64,000 bases of DNA from Bacteroidia bacterium (lineage in GTDB: Bacteria; Bacteroidota; Bacteroidia; Cytophagales; JAAEPT01). The position numbers and the translations under genes were made by a program. A model generated the notes under the pieces. The model was not told the DNA's origin. It saw only the letters and a list, made by a program, of their open reading frames with translations, and did no database searches. Where the stretch lies: NCBI GenBank assembly GCA_030431525.1, contig JAUIJC010000014.1:5330-69329 (forward strand), written 5' to 3'. The first letter of the stretch is position 1. Each line of letters begins with the position of its first letter. Positions 55,623-64,000 of this stretch are shown in pieces.

Positions 55623-55792
55623 AAAAAAGAGTGAAAAGGGGTGAAAAATTGTCTGACAAAGTCATTAATCAAGATAGACTCTTAGTGAGTTAAAAACAAT
55701 TAAGTCTTTCTGGATAGGTGTGGATTATGAGTTGGGTTGGAGGGATGAAAAAATCCTGTTATTGATAGGATCGAAGAATGGTCTTTTCACCG

Positions 55793-55800
55793 TACTTTTG
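55793..55800 (+). promoter_or_regulatory. -7 element TACTTTTG for the 2OG-Fe(II) oxygenase gene
   Basis: 19 nt upstream of ATG 55820; argues against the 55778 start. Confidence 0.55.
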
Positions 55801-55819
55801 CGAGCTTTTTGAAATCAAA

Positions 55820-56449
55820 ATGTCGGTGGAAATCACACAGGATCAGTGGGTCGAGCGCTTCGACCAGCTGGCCGAAAAGGACTACGTCATGATTGACGGG
55901 TTCTTGGACGAGGCGACTGTTCGGTCGCTTCGTGAGCAGATTATCGCTGAGGAAGAGGAGGACCGATTGAAGACGGCGGGCATTGGTGCCAATGACGGTT
56001 TTCAGGTGGTCCGCGCTATTCGCAACGACAAAATCCGTTGGCTAAAACGGGATGAGGAAAATCCTTCCGCAGGTCTTTTCTTTGAGAAGATGGAGGAGGT
56101 GAAGGCCTTGCTGAATCGCTTTTGCTTTTTGAGCCTAAGTGATTTTGAGTTTCATTTTGCCCATTACCCACAGGGCAGTTTCTACAAGCGCCATTTGGAT
56201 CAGTTCAAGGAGAACGACAACCGTTTGATTACGGCGATTCTCTACCTGAATGATGGTTGGCATGAAGAGGATGGTGGCTTGCTAAGAATTTATGCCGAGG
56301 AGGGTCCTAAGGATATTTATCCCTTGGGCGGGCGTTTGTTGTTATTCCGTAGCGACAAGCTGGAGCATGAGGTGTTGCCTACCGAGCGTGATCGTTACAG
56401 CATCACGGGTTGGCTTCTTCACAAGCCTGCGGGCTTGGGTTTCCTTTAA
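55820..56449 (+). CDS. 2OG-Fe(II) oxygenase, PHD/EGLN (SM-20)-like
   Basis: IRNDKIRWL, FYKRHLD (HxD), ITAILYLN..W, GGLLRIY, HEVLP, RYSITGW. Confidence 0.9.
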   Translation: MSVEITQDQWVERFDQLAEKDYVMIDGFLDEATVRSLREQIIAEEEEDRLKTAGIGANDGFQVVRAIRNDKIRWLKRDEENPSAGLFFEKMEEVKALLNRFCFLSLSDFEFHFAHYPQGSFYKRHLDQFKENDNRLITAILYLNDGWHEEDGGLLRIYAEEGPKDIYPLGGRLLLFRSDKLEHEVLPTERDRYSITGWLLHKPAGLGFL

Positions 56450-56451
56450 AG

Positions 56452-56488
56452 AAATCCCTTTCCTGACTGAGGAAAGGGAATTTTTTTT
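56452..56488 (+). terminator. Intrinsic terminator
   Basis: tccctttcct-gactg-aggaaaggga followed by a T8 tract. Confidence 0.8.
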
Positions 56489-56500
56489 GTGGGTTTCGGT

Positions 56501-56562
56501 GTAGGGACGGATCTGTGTGCCCGCCCACAGGATTTCGGGCAGACACACAGGTCTGCCCCTAC
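56501..56562. repeat. REP doublet, copy 2
   Basis: gtagggacggatctgtgtgcccgccc..gggcagacacacaggtctgcccctac. Confidence 0.85.
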
Positions 56563-56576
56563 GGCAGATCAAAAGT

Positions 56577-57749
56577 TCACTTTTTAGATTTCCCTTTCAA
56601 AGCAATCAATCCCAATATCGGTCCCAAGGCCAACAAGGTGAACAGGTAGTTGGGGTTCATCACTTCCCGCAGGTGTGTCAGCAGTTGGATGCTCACAATG
56701 GTGATGGCGAAGCCAATGCAATTGACAATGGTCAAGGCTGTCCCTCGTGCCTCGGCAGGCGCCTTCTGGGCAACAATGGTGGAGAATAATGGGGAGTCTG
56801 CAATGACAAGCATACTCCACAAGAGGAGTGTTCCAATGAAGAGAATCGGGGAATTGAAATGGAAAAACAGTGGTGAGGCCAGACAACAGAGGCAGGAAAG
56901 CAATAGCGCACTGGTTGCCGTTTTTTTTGGTCCAAATTGCATGGATAGATAACCTCCAATTACGCAGGCTGGTCCGCCAATGCCAATAATGATAAAGGAC
57001 CACAATGGAATATTGATGACAAATTCACTGTGGTTTTCAGCGTACATGCTCAATAGGAATGGCACAAAAGCCCAAAAGGCGTACAACTCCCACATGTGGC
57101 CGAAATAGCCGAAGGAGGCCGACCGAAATTCCGAGTCCTTGAACACCTTGGCCACCGCTGATGGATTGAAGCTGGCGCTCGGTTTTCGGAAAGGACCGTT
57201 CGGCACCAAAAGCAACATAAGCGTTCCACCAAGCGTGGCTAATCCAGAGATAATCAGGATGACCGTTCGCCATGGAAGCAATTGGGTGAAGCCTTTGAGC
57301 AGGTGCGGAAAGGCAGTTCCAAGGACCAATGCCCCGACCAAGAAGCCCAGTGATTTGCCCAAACCTTTGTCGTAATAATCGGAGGCTATTTTCATCCCAA
57401 CGGGATAGATGCCAGCAAGGAAAAAGCCTGTGAGGAACCGCAAGACGACCATACTTACCAAACCGTTGCCTTCCCATAACAGTCCCAAGTTGAACATCGC
57501 GCCAATCAATCCGCAGGCGAAAAACACCTTCGATGGGGAAATCCTGTCGGCGATGGTGAAGAGGGCAAAGAGCAGGGTGCCCAGAATAAAGCCGAACTGC
57601 ACGGCCGAGGTTAAATGGCCCAAGGCGCTATCGGGCAGTTGAAAGTTTCGGACCAAATCGTTCATCACCCCGTTGCTGGCAAACCACAGCGAGGTGCAAC
57701 AGAATTGGGAAATGACTATGACAGGAAGGATGTGTTTTGAAATGCGCAT
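56577..57749 (-). CDS. MFS transporter
   Basis: SLWF, LTSAVQFGFILG, IADR, RFLTGFFLAGIYPVGMK, GYFGHMWELYAFW, ADSPLFS; about 12 TM segments. Confidence 0.92.
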   Translation of the reverse strand: MRISKHILPVIVISQFCCTSLWFASNGVMNDLVRNFQLPDSALGHLTSAVQFGFILGTLLFALFTIADRISPSKVFFACGLIGAMFNLGLLWEGNGLVSMVVLRFLTGFFLAGIYPVGMKIASDYYDKGLGKSLGFLVGALVLGTAFPHLLKGFTQLLPWRTVILIISGLATLGGTLMLLLVPNGPFRKPSASFNPSAVAKVFKDSEFRSASFGYFGHMWELYAFWAFVPFLLSMYAENHSEFVINIPLWSFIIIGIGGPACVIGGYLSMQFGPKKTATSALLLSCLCCLASPLFFHFNSPILFIGTLLLWSMLVIADSPLFSTIVAQKAPAEARGTALTIVNCIGFAITIVSIQLLTHLREVMNPNYLFTLLALGPILGLIALKGKSKK

Positions 57750-57752
57750 GGG

Positions 57753-57781
57753 GTAGAGACAAGGCACTGCCTTGTCTGTAC
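57753..57781. repeat. REP-like palindrome gtagagacaaggcactgccttgtctgtac, copy 2
   Basis: Matches 30422-30449. Confidence 0.7.
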
Positions 57782-57840
57782 GGTGAATTCAAGTGTAGAG
57801 AGATTTCCCGTCCAAAGCAAAGTGGAATGAGAGTAAGAGT

Positions 57841-58134
57841 CTAATTGTCATTTTGGTGACTCGTTTCAGGCTTAAAAATCAATTTCCCCAATCCATAAAC
57901 CACCAACCATCCCGCCAAACCATACATCAGTTTAATGGCCGTTGGAGTAAAACCACAACGGAATCCCACCCAAGAGTTTTCATCCTCAGCTTTGTCTTCC
58001 CAAAAGTCAGCGAAAGAGGGTGCGTCGCCGATGTCGAATCCACATTCAAAGAAATTTTCTACGCTACTGAAATAGGCTACAGCGCAGATGAAGCCAGCCC
58101 AGACCAAGAAGTTGATTGCTTTGAGGTAGCGCAT
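57841..58134 (-). CDS. Hypothetical small membrane protein
   Basis: Two TM segments around an acidic loop with two Cys. Confidence 0.5.
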   Translation of the reverse strand: MRYLKAINFLVWAGFICAVAYFSSVENFFECGFDIGDAPSFADFWEDKAEDENSWVGFRCGFTPTAIKLMYGLAGWLVVYGLGKLIFKPETSHQNDN

Positions 58135-58167
58135 AGGGAGTAGAGGTTTTGGAGAAAAATATAAAAA

Positions 58168-58251
58168 AACCACAGAGTACACAGAGGAAAAGAGGGAAGG
58201 AGGCTTGTTCTATGGTTTTCTCCTTTTCTCTCTTCCTCTGTGTACTCTGTG
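58168..58251. repeat. Inverted 9-bp-period arms ccacagagtacacagagg / cctctgtgtactctgtgg
   Basis: Perfect 18-bp inverted arms, extended by aaaagag..ctttt-like pairing, downstream of the ABC-F stop. Confidence 0.75.
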
Positions 58252-58261
58252 GAAAACAATC

Positions 58262-60193
58262 TTACAACTGCTCCTCGATTTCCTCAACCTCCATCATCAA
58301 ACCCTCCCAAGCTTCATTGGCTTCTTCCAATTCACCATTGAGCTTGTCAAAGGCTTGGGTTTTTTCCGCCAAGAGGTCCGGGTTGCCATAGACGGAAGGC
58401 TTGGCCATTTCATCTTCCAAAACGGCTTTTTTCCCTTCTAATTCCTCCACGGATTGCTCGGCCTTTTGCAGTTCGTTTTTCAGCTTTTTCAACTGGTTTT
58501 CCAACTGTCGGCGGGCATTGCGCTCGGCATCGGTTTCAGGCTTTTTCTTTTCCTGTTTAACAGGCTTTGGGGCCTCCACAGGTTTTGTTGCTTGGGCCTC
58601 ACGGTTTTTCATCCAAATGAGGTATTCCTCGTAGGTGCCAGGGTATTCCTTGATCTGGTGGTCTTCGATGAACCAGATTTTGTTGGCCACCTGACGGATG
58701 AAATGACGGTCGTGCGATACGATGACGCAAGTGCCTTGATACTGCTGGATGGCTTGAACGAGCATGTTCACCGATGGGATGTCAAGGTGGTTTGTGGGTT
58801 CGTCAAGCAATAGGAAGTTGGCCTCCGAGAGCAGGGTTTTGGCCAGCGCTACACGGGATTTTTCTCCACCCGACAGGACTTTAATCTTCTTGAAGATGTC
58901 GTCGTCGGAGAAGAGGAAGCAACCCAATAGGCCTCGCAATTCGGTTTCGGTGTGCTCGGAGTTGACGGACTGTAGCTCTTGGAGCAAGTCGTTTTCGATA
59001 TGAAGGGCTTCGAGCTGGTGTTGTGCGAAGAAGGTTTCCTGTACGTGGTAGCCTTCCTTGCGCTCGCCCTCGATTTCCTCGTTCCCAGAAATGATGCGGA
59101 GCAGGGTGGATTTACCCTTACCGTTGGCACCAATCAAGGCGATTTTATCACCACGAATGATTTGGGCTGTGGCCTTTTCCAAAATGGTTTTTGGGCCGTA
59201 AGCCTTCGATACGTCGTTGAGCTCAAGGATGATTTTTCCAGGCTGTTTGGCTGGCGGAAAGTTGAAGTGCATGGTGGCGTTTTCGTCGCGCACTTCCTCC
59301 ACTTTTTCCATGCGTTCCAAGGCTTTCACACGCGATTGCACTTGGCGGGCCTTGGTGGCCTTGGCCTTGAATCGGGTGATGAATCGCTCGGTGTCCTTGA
59401 TTTGCTTTTGCTGGTTCTCGAAGGCGTTTTGCTGGATTTCGTCTTGGAGCTGTTTTTCCTCCATGTAGAAATCGTAGTTGCCCGAGAAGCTACGAATGTT
59501 TTGACGAGAGACCTCAACGATGCGGTTGGCGGTGTTGTTGAGGAACTGGCGGTCGTGCGATACGATGATGACGGCGCCCTCGTAGTTGTTGATGTAGTTT
59601 TCCATCCACTCGATGGACGGAAGGTCGAGGTGGTTGGTAGGCTCGTCAAGAAGCAACAAAGCGGGTTTTGCCAACAGGATTTTGGCAAGCATCACGCGCA
59701 TTCGCCATCCACCGGAGAATTCCTTGAGTGGTTGGGTGAGCTCCTCGGTTTTGAAGCCAAGTCCTTCCAAGATTTCCTCGGCTTTGGATTGGAGGCTGTA
59801 GCCGTCCAAGGCTTCGAACTCTTCCTGACGTTTTGCCAGTCGGTTGATGATTTCGTCGGAATAATCCGTCTCCATCTTCTTGAGCAGGATGTTGATTTCG
59901 TGCAACAGTTGGTTTTGTCGCTCGAAGGCCTGCATAGCTACCTCCAAGATGCTGTCCTCACTTTGGTAGGAAAGCAGGTCTTGGTTCAGGAAGCCCAGTG
60001 AACAATCCTTGGCTTTCGAAATGTCTCCTTCGTCTGGTTGCAAATCCCCGTTGATGAGCTTGAGCAGGGTGGATTTACCCGCGCCGTTGACCCCGATGAG
60101 GCCGATGCGCTCCTTGGGTTTGATGTGCAACGAGATGTTTTCATATAGGGCGCGCTGGCCGAAGAAGAAGGAGAGGTTATTAATCGAAAGCAT
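58262..60193 (-). CDS. ABC-F family ribosome-associated ATPase
   Basis: Two ABC domains (GVNGAGKST/FSGGWRMR/LLLDEPTNHLD and GANGKGKST/LSGGEKSR/LLLDEPTNHLD), linker, C-terminal coiled coil, no TM segments. Confidence 0.95.
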   Translation of the reverse strand: MLSINNLSFFFGQRALYENISLHIKPKERIGLIGVNGAGKSTLLKLINGDLQPDEGDISKAKDCSLGFLNQDLLSYQSEDSILEVAMQAFERQNQLLHEINILLKKMETDYSDEIINRLAKRQEEFEALDGYSLQSKAEEILEGLGFKTEELTQPLKEFSGGWRMRVMLAKILLAKPALLLLDEPTNHLDLPSIEWMENYINNYEGAVIIVSHDRQFLNNTANRIVEVSRQNIRSFSGNYDFYMEEKQLQDEIQQNAFENQQKQIKDTERFITRFKAKATKARQVQSRVKALERMEKVEEVRDENATMHFNFPPAKQPGKIILELNDVSKAYGPKTILEKATAQIIRGDKIALIGANGKGKSTLLRIISGNEEIEGERKEGYHVQETFFAQHQLEALHIENDLLQELQSVNSEHTETELRGLLGCFLFSDDDIFKKIKVLSGGEKSRVALAKTLLSEANFLLLDEPTNHLDIPSVNMLVQAIQQYQGTCVIVSHDRHFIRQVANKIWFIEDHQIKEYPGTYEEYLIWMKNREAQATKPVEAPKPVKQEKKKPETDAERNARRQLENQLKKLKNELQKAEQSVEELEGKKAVLEDEMAKPSVYGNPDLLAEKTQAFDKLNGELEEANEAWEGLMMEVEEIEEQL

Positions 60194-60204
60194 GAGCAGT
60201 TGGT

Positions 60205-60448
60205 CAGTTAACGGTTATCAGTTAACAGTTATCAACAGGAATGTATCTGATTCAGTGATCAGTTAACCCATAACAACGGGCGCTGGCCGTTGGGTTCGGA
60301 ATAAGTACGCAAGTTAGGGCTATCTTTACAGTTAACAGTTATCAGTTAACAGTTATCAACAGCGGATGGTGGGAAAACCGTTTTTGTTCAATAGCGAACA
60401 GATAGGTTTGCACTGCTGTTAACTGATAACCGCTAACTGTTACCTGTT
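60205..60448. repeat. 7-bp tandem arrays (cagttaa/cagttat), two direct blocks and one inverted block
   Basis: cagttaacggttatcagttaacagttatcaacag near 60205, near-identical block near 60328, inverted ctgttaactgataaccgctaactgtt near 60416. Confidence 0.75.
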
Positions 60449-60697
60449 ATGAAGCGTTTAGCCATTCTTCCCGTCCGTTTTTACCAATTGGTGATTTCAC
60501 CATTATTGCCTCCGGCTTGTCGGCACACGCCGACCTGCTCGAATTATACCATCGAGGCGATTCAGGAATGGGGTGCTTTGAAGGGAATTTGGCTAGGGAT
60601 GAAGCGGATTGCGCGTTGTAATCCGTGGGGGACGAGTGGGTATGATCCGGTGCCGAAAAAGTGTTGTGGGGGGGATGACGGGTGTGGGCATAAATAG
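60449..60697 (+). CDS. yidD: Membrane protein insertion efficiency factor
   Basis: [33 protein letters not shown]...[15 protein letters not shown]. Confidence 0.95.
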   Translation: MKRLAILPVRFYQLVISPLLPPACRHTPTCSNYTIEAIQEWGALKGIWLGMKRIARCNPWGTSGYDPVPKKCCGGDDGCGHK

Positions 60698-60709
60698 GTT
60701 TAATCCCCA

Positions 60710-63094
60710 TCAATCCACCACCACAAACCTCTCCGAAACCCTCTCCCCGAATTCATCCACCAACACCAACTTGTGTTTTCCGCCTTTTGGCGCCAAAGGC
60801 ATTTGGTGGATATGTCGCGTGGAGCCGAGGAATACCCCGTCCAAATGCCAATAAATGGTGGCGCTATTGGTGCGATGGCTGGCCTCGAAAACGGCCTTTC
60901 CCTTTTCGCCATTCAGCTCGGTGGGGATAAGGATGCGGGTGTTTGGCTTAGGGTAAATCAACTCGATATTTCCCTTGTTGGCTGAGGTGACAGCCAAGCA
61001 TTCCTCGCTGAAGGTTGGAGGCTCCTCATAGGATGGATGCTTTTTCTTGTAGAACCAAGCCATTGCCGGAGGCAGGATAAACCAACTTTTATGCACCATA
61101 TCATTGGGTGATGCGCAGGCGCTGTTGACCTGATACCTTTCCGTTTTGTCCAAATGCAGGAGCTGATGATAGGGGCAAAGCCTACTCCGTGAGCCCGTTT
61201 CAGGCACCCATGATTTCTTCTTTTCTGGGCAAAATGGCGAGGCCAAATGCCCACTGATAGCGCAGGTTTCCACTTCGGCCATATTGGACCAAGGCTGTAC
61301 AAACCAGCTTTGGTCAGCGCGCAGATAGTCAAACACTTCAAAAAGGAGTGGTGCAGCGGAGCGGATACCCGTCAAACCTGGGCGACCTTCGCCATCGGCG
61401 TTGCCCACCCAAACGGCTACCACGTATTTTTTGGAGATGCCTACCGCCCAAGCATCGCGGTAGCCAAAGCTGGTTCCTGTTTTCCAAGCGACTTTTCCCG
61501 AAGAGGAGAACTCCTGCCAGTGACTTTCTTCCTCAGGGCGTTCCACGGCAATCATGGCCTCCAAGGTATTCCACACCGCTCCAGGGGAAAGAGGCAAGGT
61601 GTTGATGGTTTGTAGCTTTTTGTCCGAGTTTGCTAAATCCAGTTTTTCCAGTTTGAGTGGTCGGTAGCAGTCCTTTTCGTAACGGCCGTTGAGTTCTGAG
61701 TGGTTCAGCAGGCTTCTTCCCATTGAGGAGTAAATACCGCCCAAGTCCCAAAGCGTCGTTTCGGCCCCACCCAAAATGAGAGAAAGTCCATAATGCTGGG
61801 CAGGCTGATGTAGGGTGTTGATTCCCAGATTTTTCAGTTTGTCATAAAACTTGGGTTGCCCGTAATCCTCCAGCATCCGTACGGCTGGAACATTTAAGGA
61901 GCGGGAAAGGGCACGTTGGGCTTGAACGGCTCCATCGTAATCCAAGTTGAAATTCCGTGGTGAATAGGTCCCGTATTTTGTGGGGATGTCCGCCAACAGG
62001 CTGTTGGGTAGAATCATGCCTTCGTCCAGCGCCGAGGCGTAAAGGAAAGGCTTCAGGATGCTTCCCGAGCTTCGTTCAGCATGAATCAGATCCACCCGAC
62101 ACCCTTCGTCTGCATCAAAGCATTGCGCGTTTCCCGTATAGGCAATGACCTCTCCCGTCCTGATGTCAGCCACCAAACAGGCGGCGTTGTGGATGCCATT
62201 TTCCCTGAGCTGGTGCACATGGCGATTGAGCAGTTGGTTGACCTGCTGTTGGGTAGGCAGGTTGATGGTGGACTGGAAAATGCTACGGCGGTAGCGCCCC
62301 TCTTTGATGACTTTGTCCATCAAATGGGGAGTTAAGGAAGGCAATGCCAACGGCCGTTGTGGCAAAGGTTCGTGCTTGGCCAAATGCAATTCCAAGCTGT
62401 CGATAACCTTGTTTTCAAAAAGGGTGGTCAGAAGTCTGTTGCGCTTTTCCCGAAGGGCGTCTCGGTTTCGGCCTGGGTGGATGACCGAAGGGTTGTTAGG
62501 CAAGACGGCCAAGGTGGCGGTCTCCGCCCAAGTCAGGTCAAATGGGTTTCGACCGTAATATTTCCACGATGCGGCGTCCAATCCCACCACATTTCCTCCG
62601 AAGGGTGCGTTAGAGGCGTAGTAGGCCAAAATCTCCTTTTTGGAGAAGCTGATTTCCATGCGGGTGGCCATCAGGGCTTCCAAGATTTTCTCGAAAATTG
62701 TTCGGTCTTGCCCTTTTCTCGACAGCCGAATGGTTTGCATGGAAAGCGTGCTGGCGCCACTCACCACACGACCGTTGTTCAGATTTTGTTTGATGGCCCG
62801 TCCCACAGCCAAAGGGTCTACGCCCCAGTGCTCATCGAAGCGCTTGTCCTCGTAGGTGGTGATGCAGGCTTTGAATTTCTCGGGTACGGAAATATTGTGG
62901 GGGAAACGCCACTGGCCGTCGTCGGCGATATGGGCGCCGAGCAAGCGACCTTCGCGGTCGGTGATGACTGCAGAAATGGGGGAACGGAAAAGTGGTTCAG
63001 GCAAACACTGGTAGTACCAAATGCTGAAAATAAGGAAAAGTGGAGCGCTGTATTTGAGGAGTTTTAAGAGCTTGGGGCGGAGCTTCTTGAGCAT
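60710..63094 (-). CDS. pbpC: Penicillin-binding protein 1C
   Basis: DDGQWRF, EDKRF..HWGVD, SGASTLSMQ, APFGGNVVG, GSILKPF (SxxK), SLNVP (SxN), KTGTSFG, BiPBP_C-like tail. The longer ORF start reads through a REP. Confidence 0.95.
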   Translation of the reverse strand: MLKKLRPKLLKLLKYSAPLFLIFSIWYYQCLPEPLFRSPISAVITDREGRLLGAHIADDGQWRFPHNISVPEKFKACITTYEDKRFDEHWGVDPLAVGRAIKQNLNNGRVVSGASTLSMQTIRLSRKGQDRTIFEKILEALMATRMEISFSKKEILAYYASNAPFGGNVVGLDAASWKYYGRNPFDLTWAETATLAVLPNNPSVIHPGRNRDALREKRNRLLTTLFENKVIDSLELHLAKHEPLPQRPLALPSLTPHLMDKVIKEGRYRRSIFQSTINLPTQQQVNQLLNRHVHQLRENGIHNAACLVADIRTGEVIAYTGNAQCFDADEGCRVDLIHAERSSGSILKPFLYASALDEGMILPNSLLADIPTKYGTYSPRNFNLDYDGAVQAQRALSRSLNVPAVRMLEDYGQPKFYDKLKNLGINTLHQPAQHYGLSLILGGAETTLWDLGGIYSSMGRSLLNHSELNGRYEKDCYRPLKLEKLDLANSDKKLQTINTLPLSPGAVWNTLEAMIAVERPEEESHWQEFSSSGKVAWKTGTSFGYRDAWAVGISKKYVVAVWVGNADGEGRPGLTGIRSAAPLLFEVFDYLRADQSWFVQPWSNMAEVETCAISGHLASPFCPEKKKSWVPETGSRSRLCPYHQLLHLDKTERYQVNSACASPNDMVHKSWFILPPAMAWFYKKKHPSYEEPPTFSEECLAVTSANKGNIELIYPKPNTRILIPTELNGEKGKAVFEASHRTNSATIYWHLDGVFLGSTRHIHQMPLAPKGGKHKLVLVDEFGERVSERFVVVD

Positions 63095-63116
63095 CGGGAA
63101 GGTCGTCGTAATTCCT

Positions 63117-63177
63117 GTAGGGGCGGACCTGTGTGTCCGCCAAAAATCTGCAGGCAGACACACAGGTCTGCCCCTAC
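63117..63177. repeat. REP doublet, copy 3
   Basis: gtaggggcggacctgtgtgtccgcc..ggcagacacacaggtctgcccctac. Confidence 0.85.
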
Positions 63178-63201
63178 ATAAAAATAGGACGAACAAATAA
63201 G

Positions 63202-63236
63202 AAAACCCCAAGGAGCATTGCGCTTCTTGGGGTTTT
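63202..63236 (-). terminator. Terminator of the cold-shock gene
   Basis: aaaaccccaaggagc-attgc-gcttcttggggtttt. Confidence 0.75.
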
Positions 63237-63265
63237 CCTTGCCTTTTGGGGCTATAATATGAGGC

Positions 63266-63712
63266 TTAGGCTTTTTTCACCTGTACGGCGTTCAAACCTT
63301 TCATGCCTTTTTCAAGTTCGTAGGTGACCGTATCGCCTTCCACCACTTCTTCAAGAGTTCCATTCACGTGGAAGAAATACTTTTCGCGGGTCTTGTTCTC
63401 GATGATGAACCCAAAGCCTTTCTGGTCATTGTAGTAATCGACCTTGCCTTTGTGTTCCACTTCCTCTCCATCATCTTCCTTTTTAGGAATGCCAAGTTCG
63501 ATGCTTTCCGCATCCACCTCCTTCTTTTTGGTTGGATCTGGTGGAGTGTCGGTGAAGTTACCGTTCTCGTCGATGTAGACCATCATGCTGTCCAAGTCAC
63601 TGCTTTGTGGATTCTGCTTGCGCTCCTCCATCTTCTTTTGCTTGTCTTGGCGCTTTTTGAGGCGTTTCTTTTCTTTCTCTTTCTTGCTAAAACTCTGTTG
63701 GGATCTGGCCAT
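63266..63712 (-). CDS. Cold-shock domain protein with a basic N-terminal extension
   Basis: Lys/Arg-rich N-terminus, YIDENGN..TPPDP, C-terminal GKVDYYNDQKGFGFI..YFFHV..KGLNAVQV. Confidence 0.92.
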   Translation of the reverse strand: MARSQQSFSKKEKEKKRLKKRQDKQKKMEERKQNPQSSDLDSMMVYIDENGNFTDTPPDPTKKKEVDAESIELGIPKKEDDGEEVEHKGKVDYYNDQKGFGFIIENKTREKYFFHVNGTLEEVVEGDTVTYELEKGMKGLNAVQVKKA

Positions 63713-63818
63713 TAAATAGGGTTCAAAGGGAAGGTGGGCAATGCTTGGTTTAAGACTGAATTTGCCCTGTCATATATGTAAAGTTACGATATCTAAAGGA
63801 GAATTGGTTGAAAATCGT

Positions 63819-64000
63819 TCAAGAGTCCTCATCGTCAGACACAAAGAAACTGTCCAAAAGCTCCCCCTCAGGGTCATGCCAGATGCCTTTTGACTTTTTA
63901 AACGTGTCCAAAAAATGGATGGATTTCACCTTCAGGAAAATGGTGGTGAGGATGCTATAAAAGATAGGGGCGATGATGCCAGCGACTACCCTTGAATCCA
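63819..64000 (-). CDS. 3' end of a hypothetical membrane protein (partial)
   Basis: Open frame from the window edge: ..VVAGIIAPIFYSILTTIFLKVK..DDEDS*. Confidence 0.45.
   Translation of the reverse strand, partial: DSRVVAGIIAPIFYSILTTIFLKVKSIHFLDTFKKSKGIWHDPEGELLDSFFVSDDEDS

Noticed and set aside
60205-60448. Possible CRISPR array from the repeated ~34-nt block
   Set aside because: Only two direct copies plus an inverted one, made of 7-bp units, with no regular unique spacers and no cas genes.
63095-63211. N-terminal extensions in the ORF track for pbpC (also A2M, the ABC exporter, MFS and the 2OG oxygenase)
   Set aside because: Extensions run through REPs, repeat arms, terminators or promoter elements; downstream ATGs give normal N-termini.

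Overview
Chromosomal window from a gliding Bacteroidota bacterium, judged from T9SS type A/B C-terminal sorting domains, gldC, TTTG-N19-TAnnTTTG promoters and the general lack of obvious Shine-Dalgarno sites. It holds housekeeping genes (acnB, a second aconitase, gshB-like, truA, truB, ribF, hbd, yidD, pbpC, ABC-F, tRNA-Glu) and envelope/secreted proteins (alpha-2-macroglobulin, a ~2400-aa SprB-like adhesin split by a 1-nt frameshift, other T9SS cargo). Several small AT-rich accessory inserts and many intergenic REP-like palindromes and inverted 7-9-bp repeat arms are also present. The standout is a compact AT-rich three-gene operon just after the acnB terminator (21848-24220): NMP-kinase-like P-loop protein, PIN-GNAT-PUA/ASCH-like fusion, and stand-alone ASCH protein. 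It is followed by an AAA/PD-(D/E)XK nuclease and a TerB-like gene, forming a candidate mini defence/conflict island between the two aconitase genes. I found no CRISPR array, rRNA, integrase or transposase. All family calls come from motif recognition by eye, without database searches.
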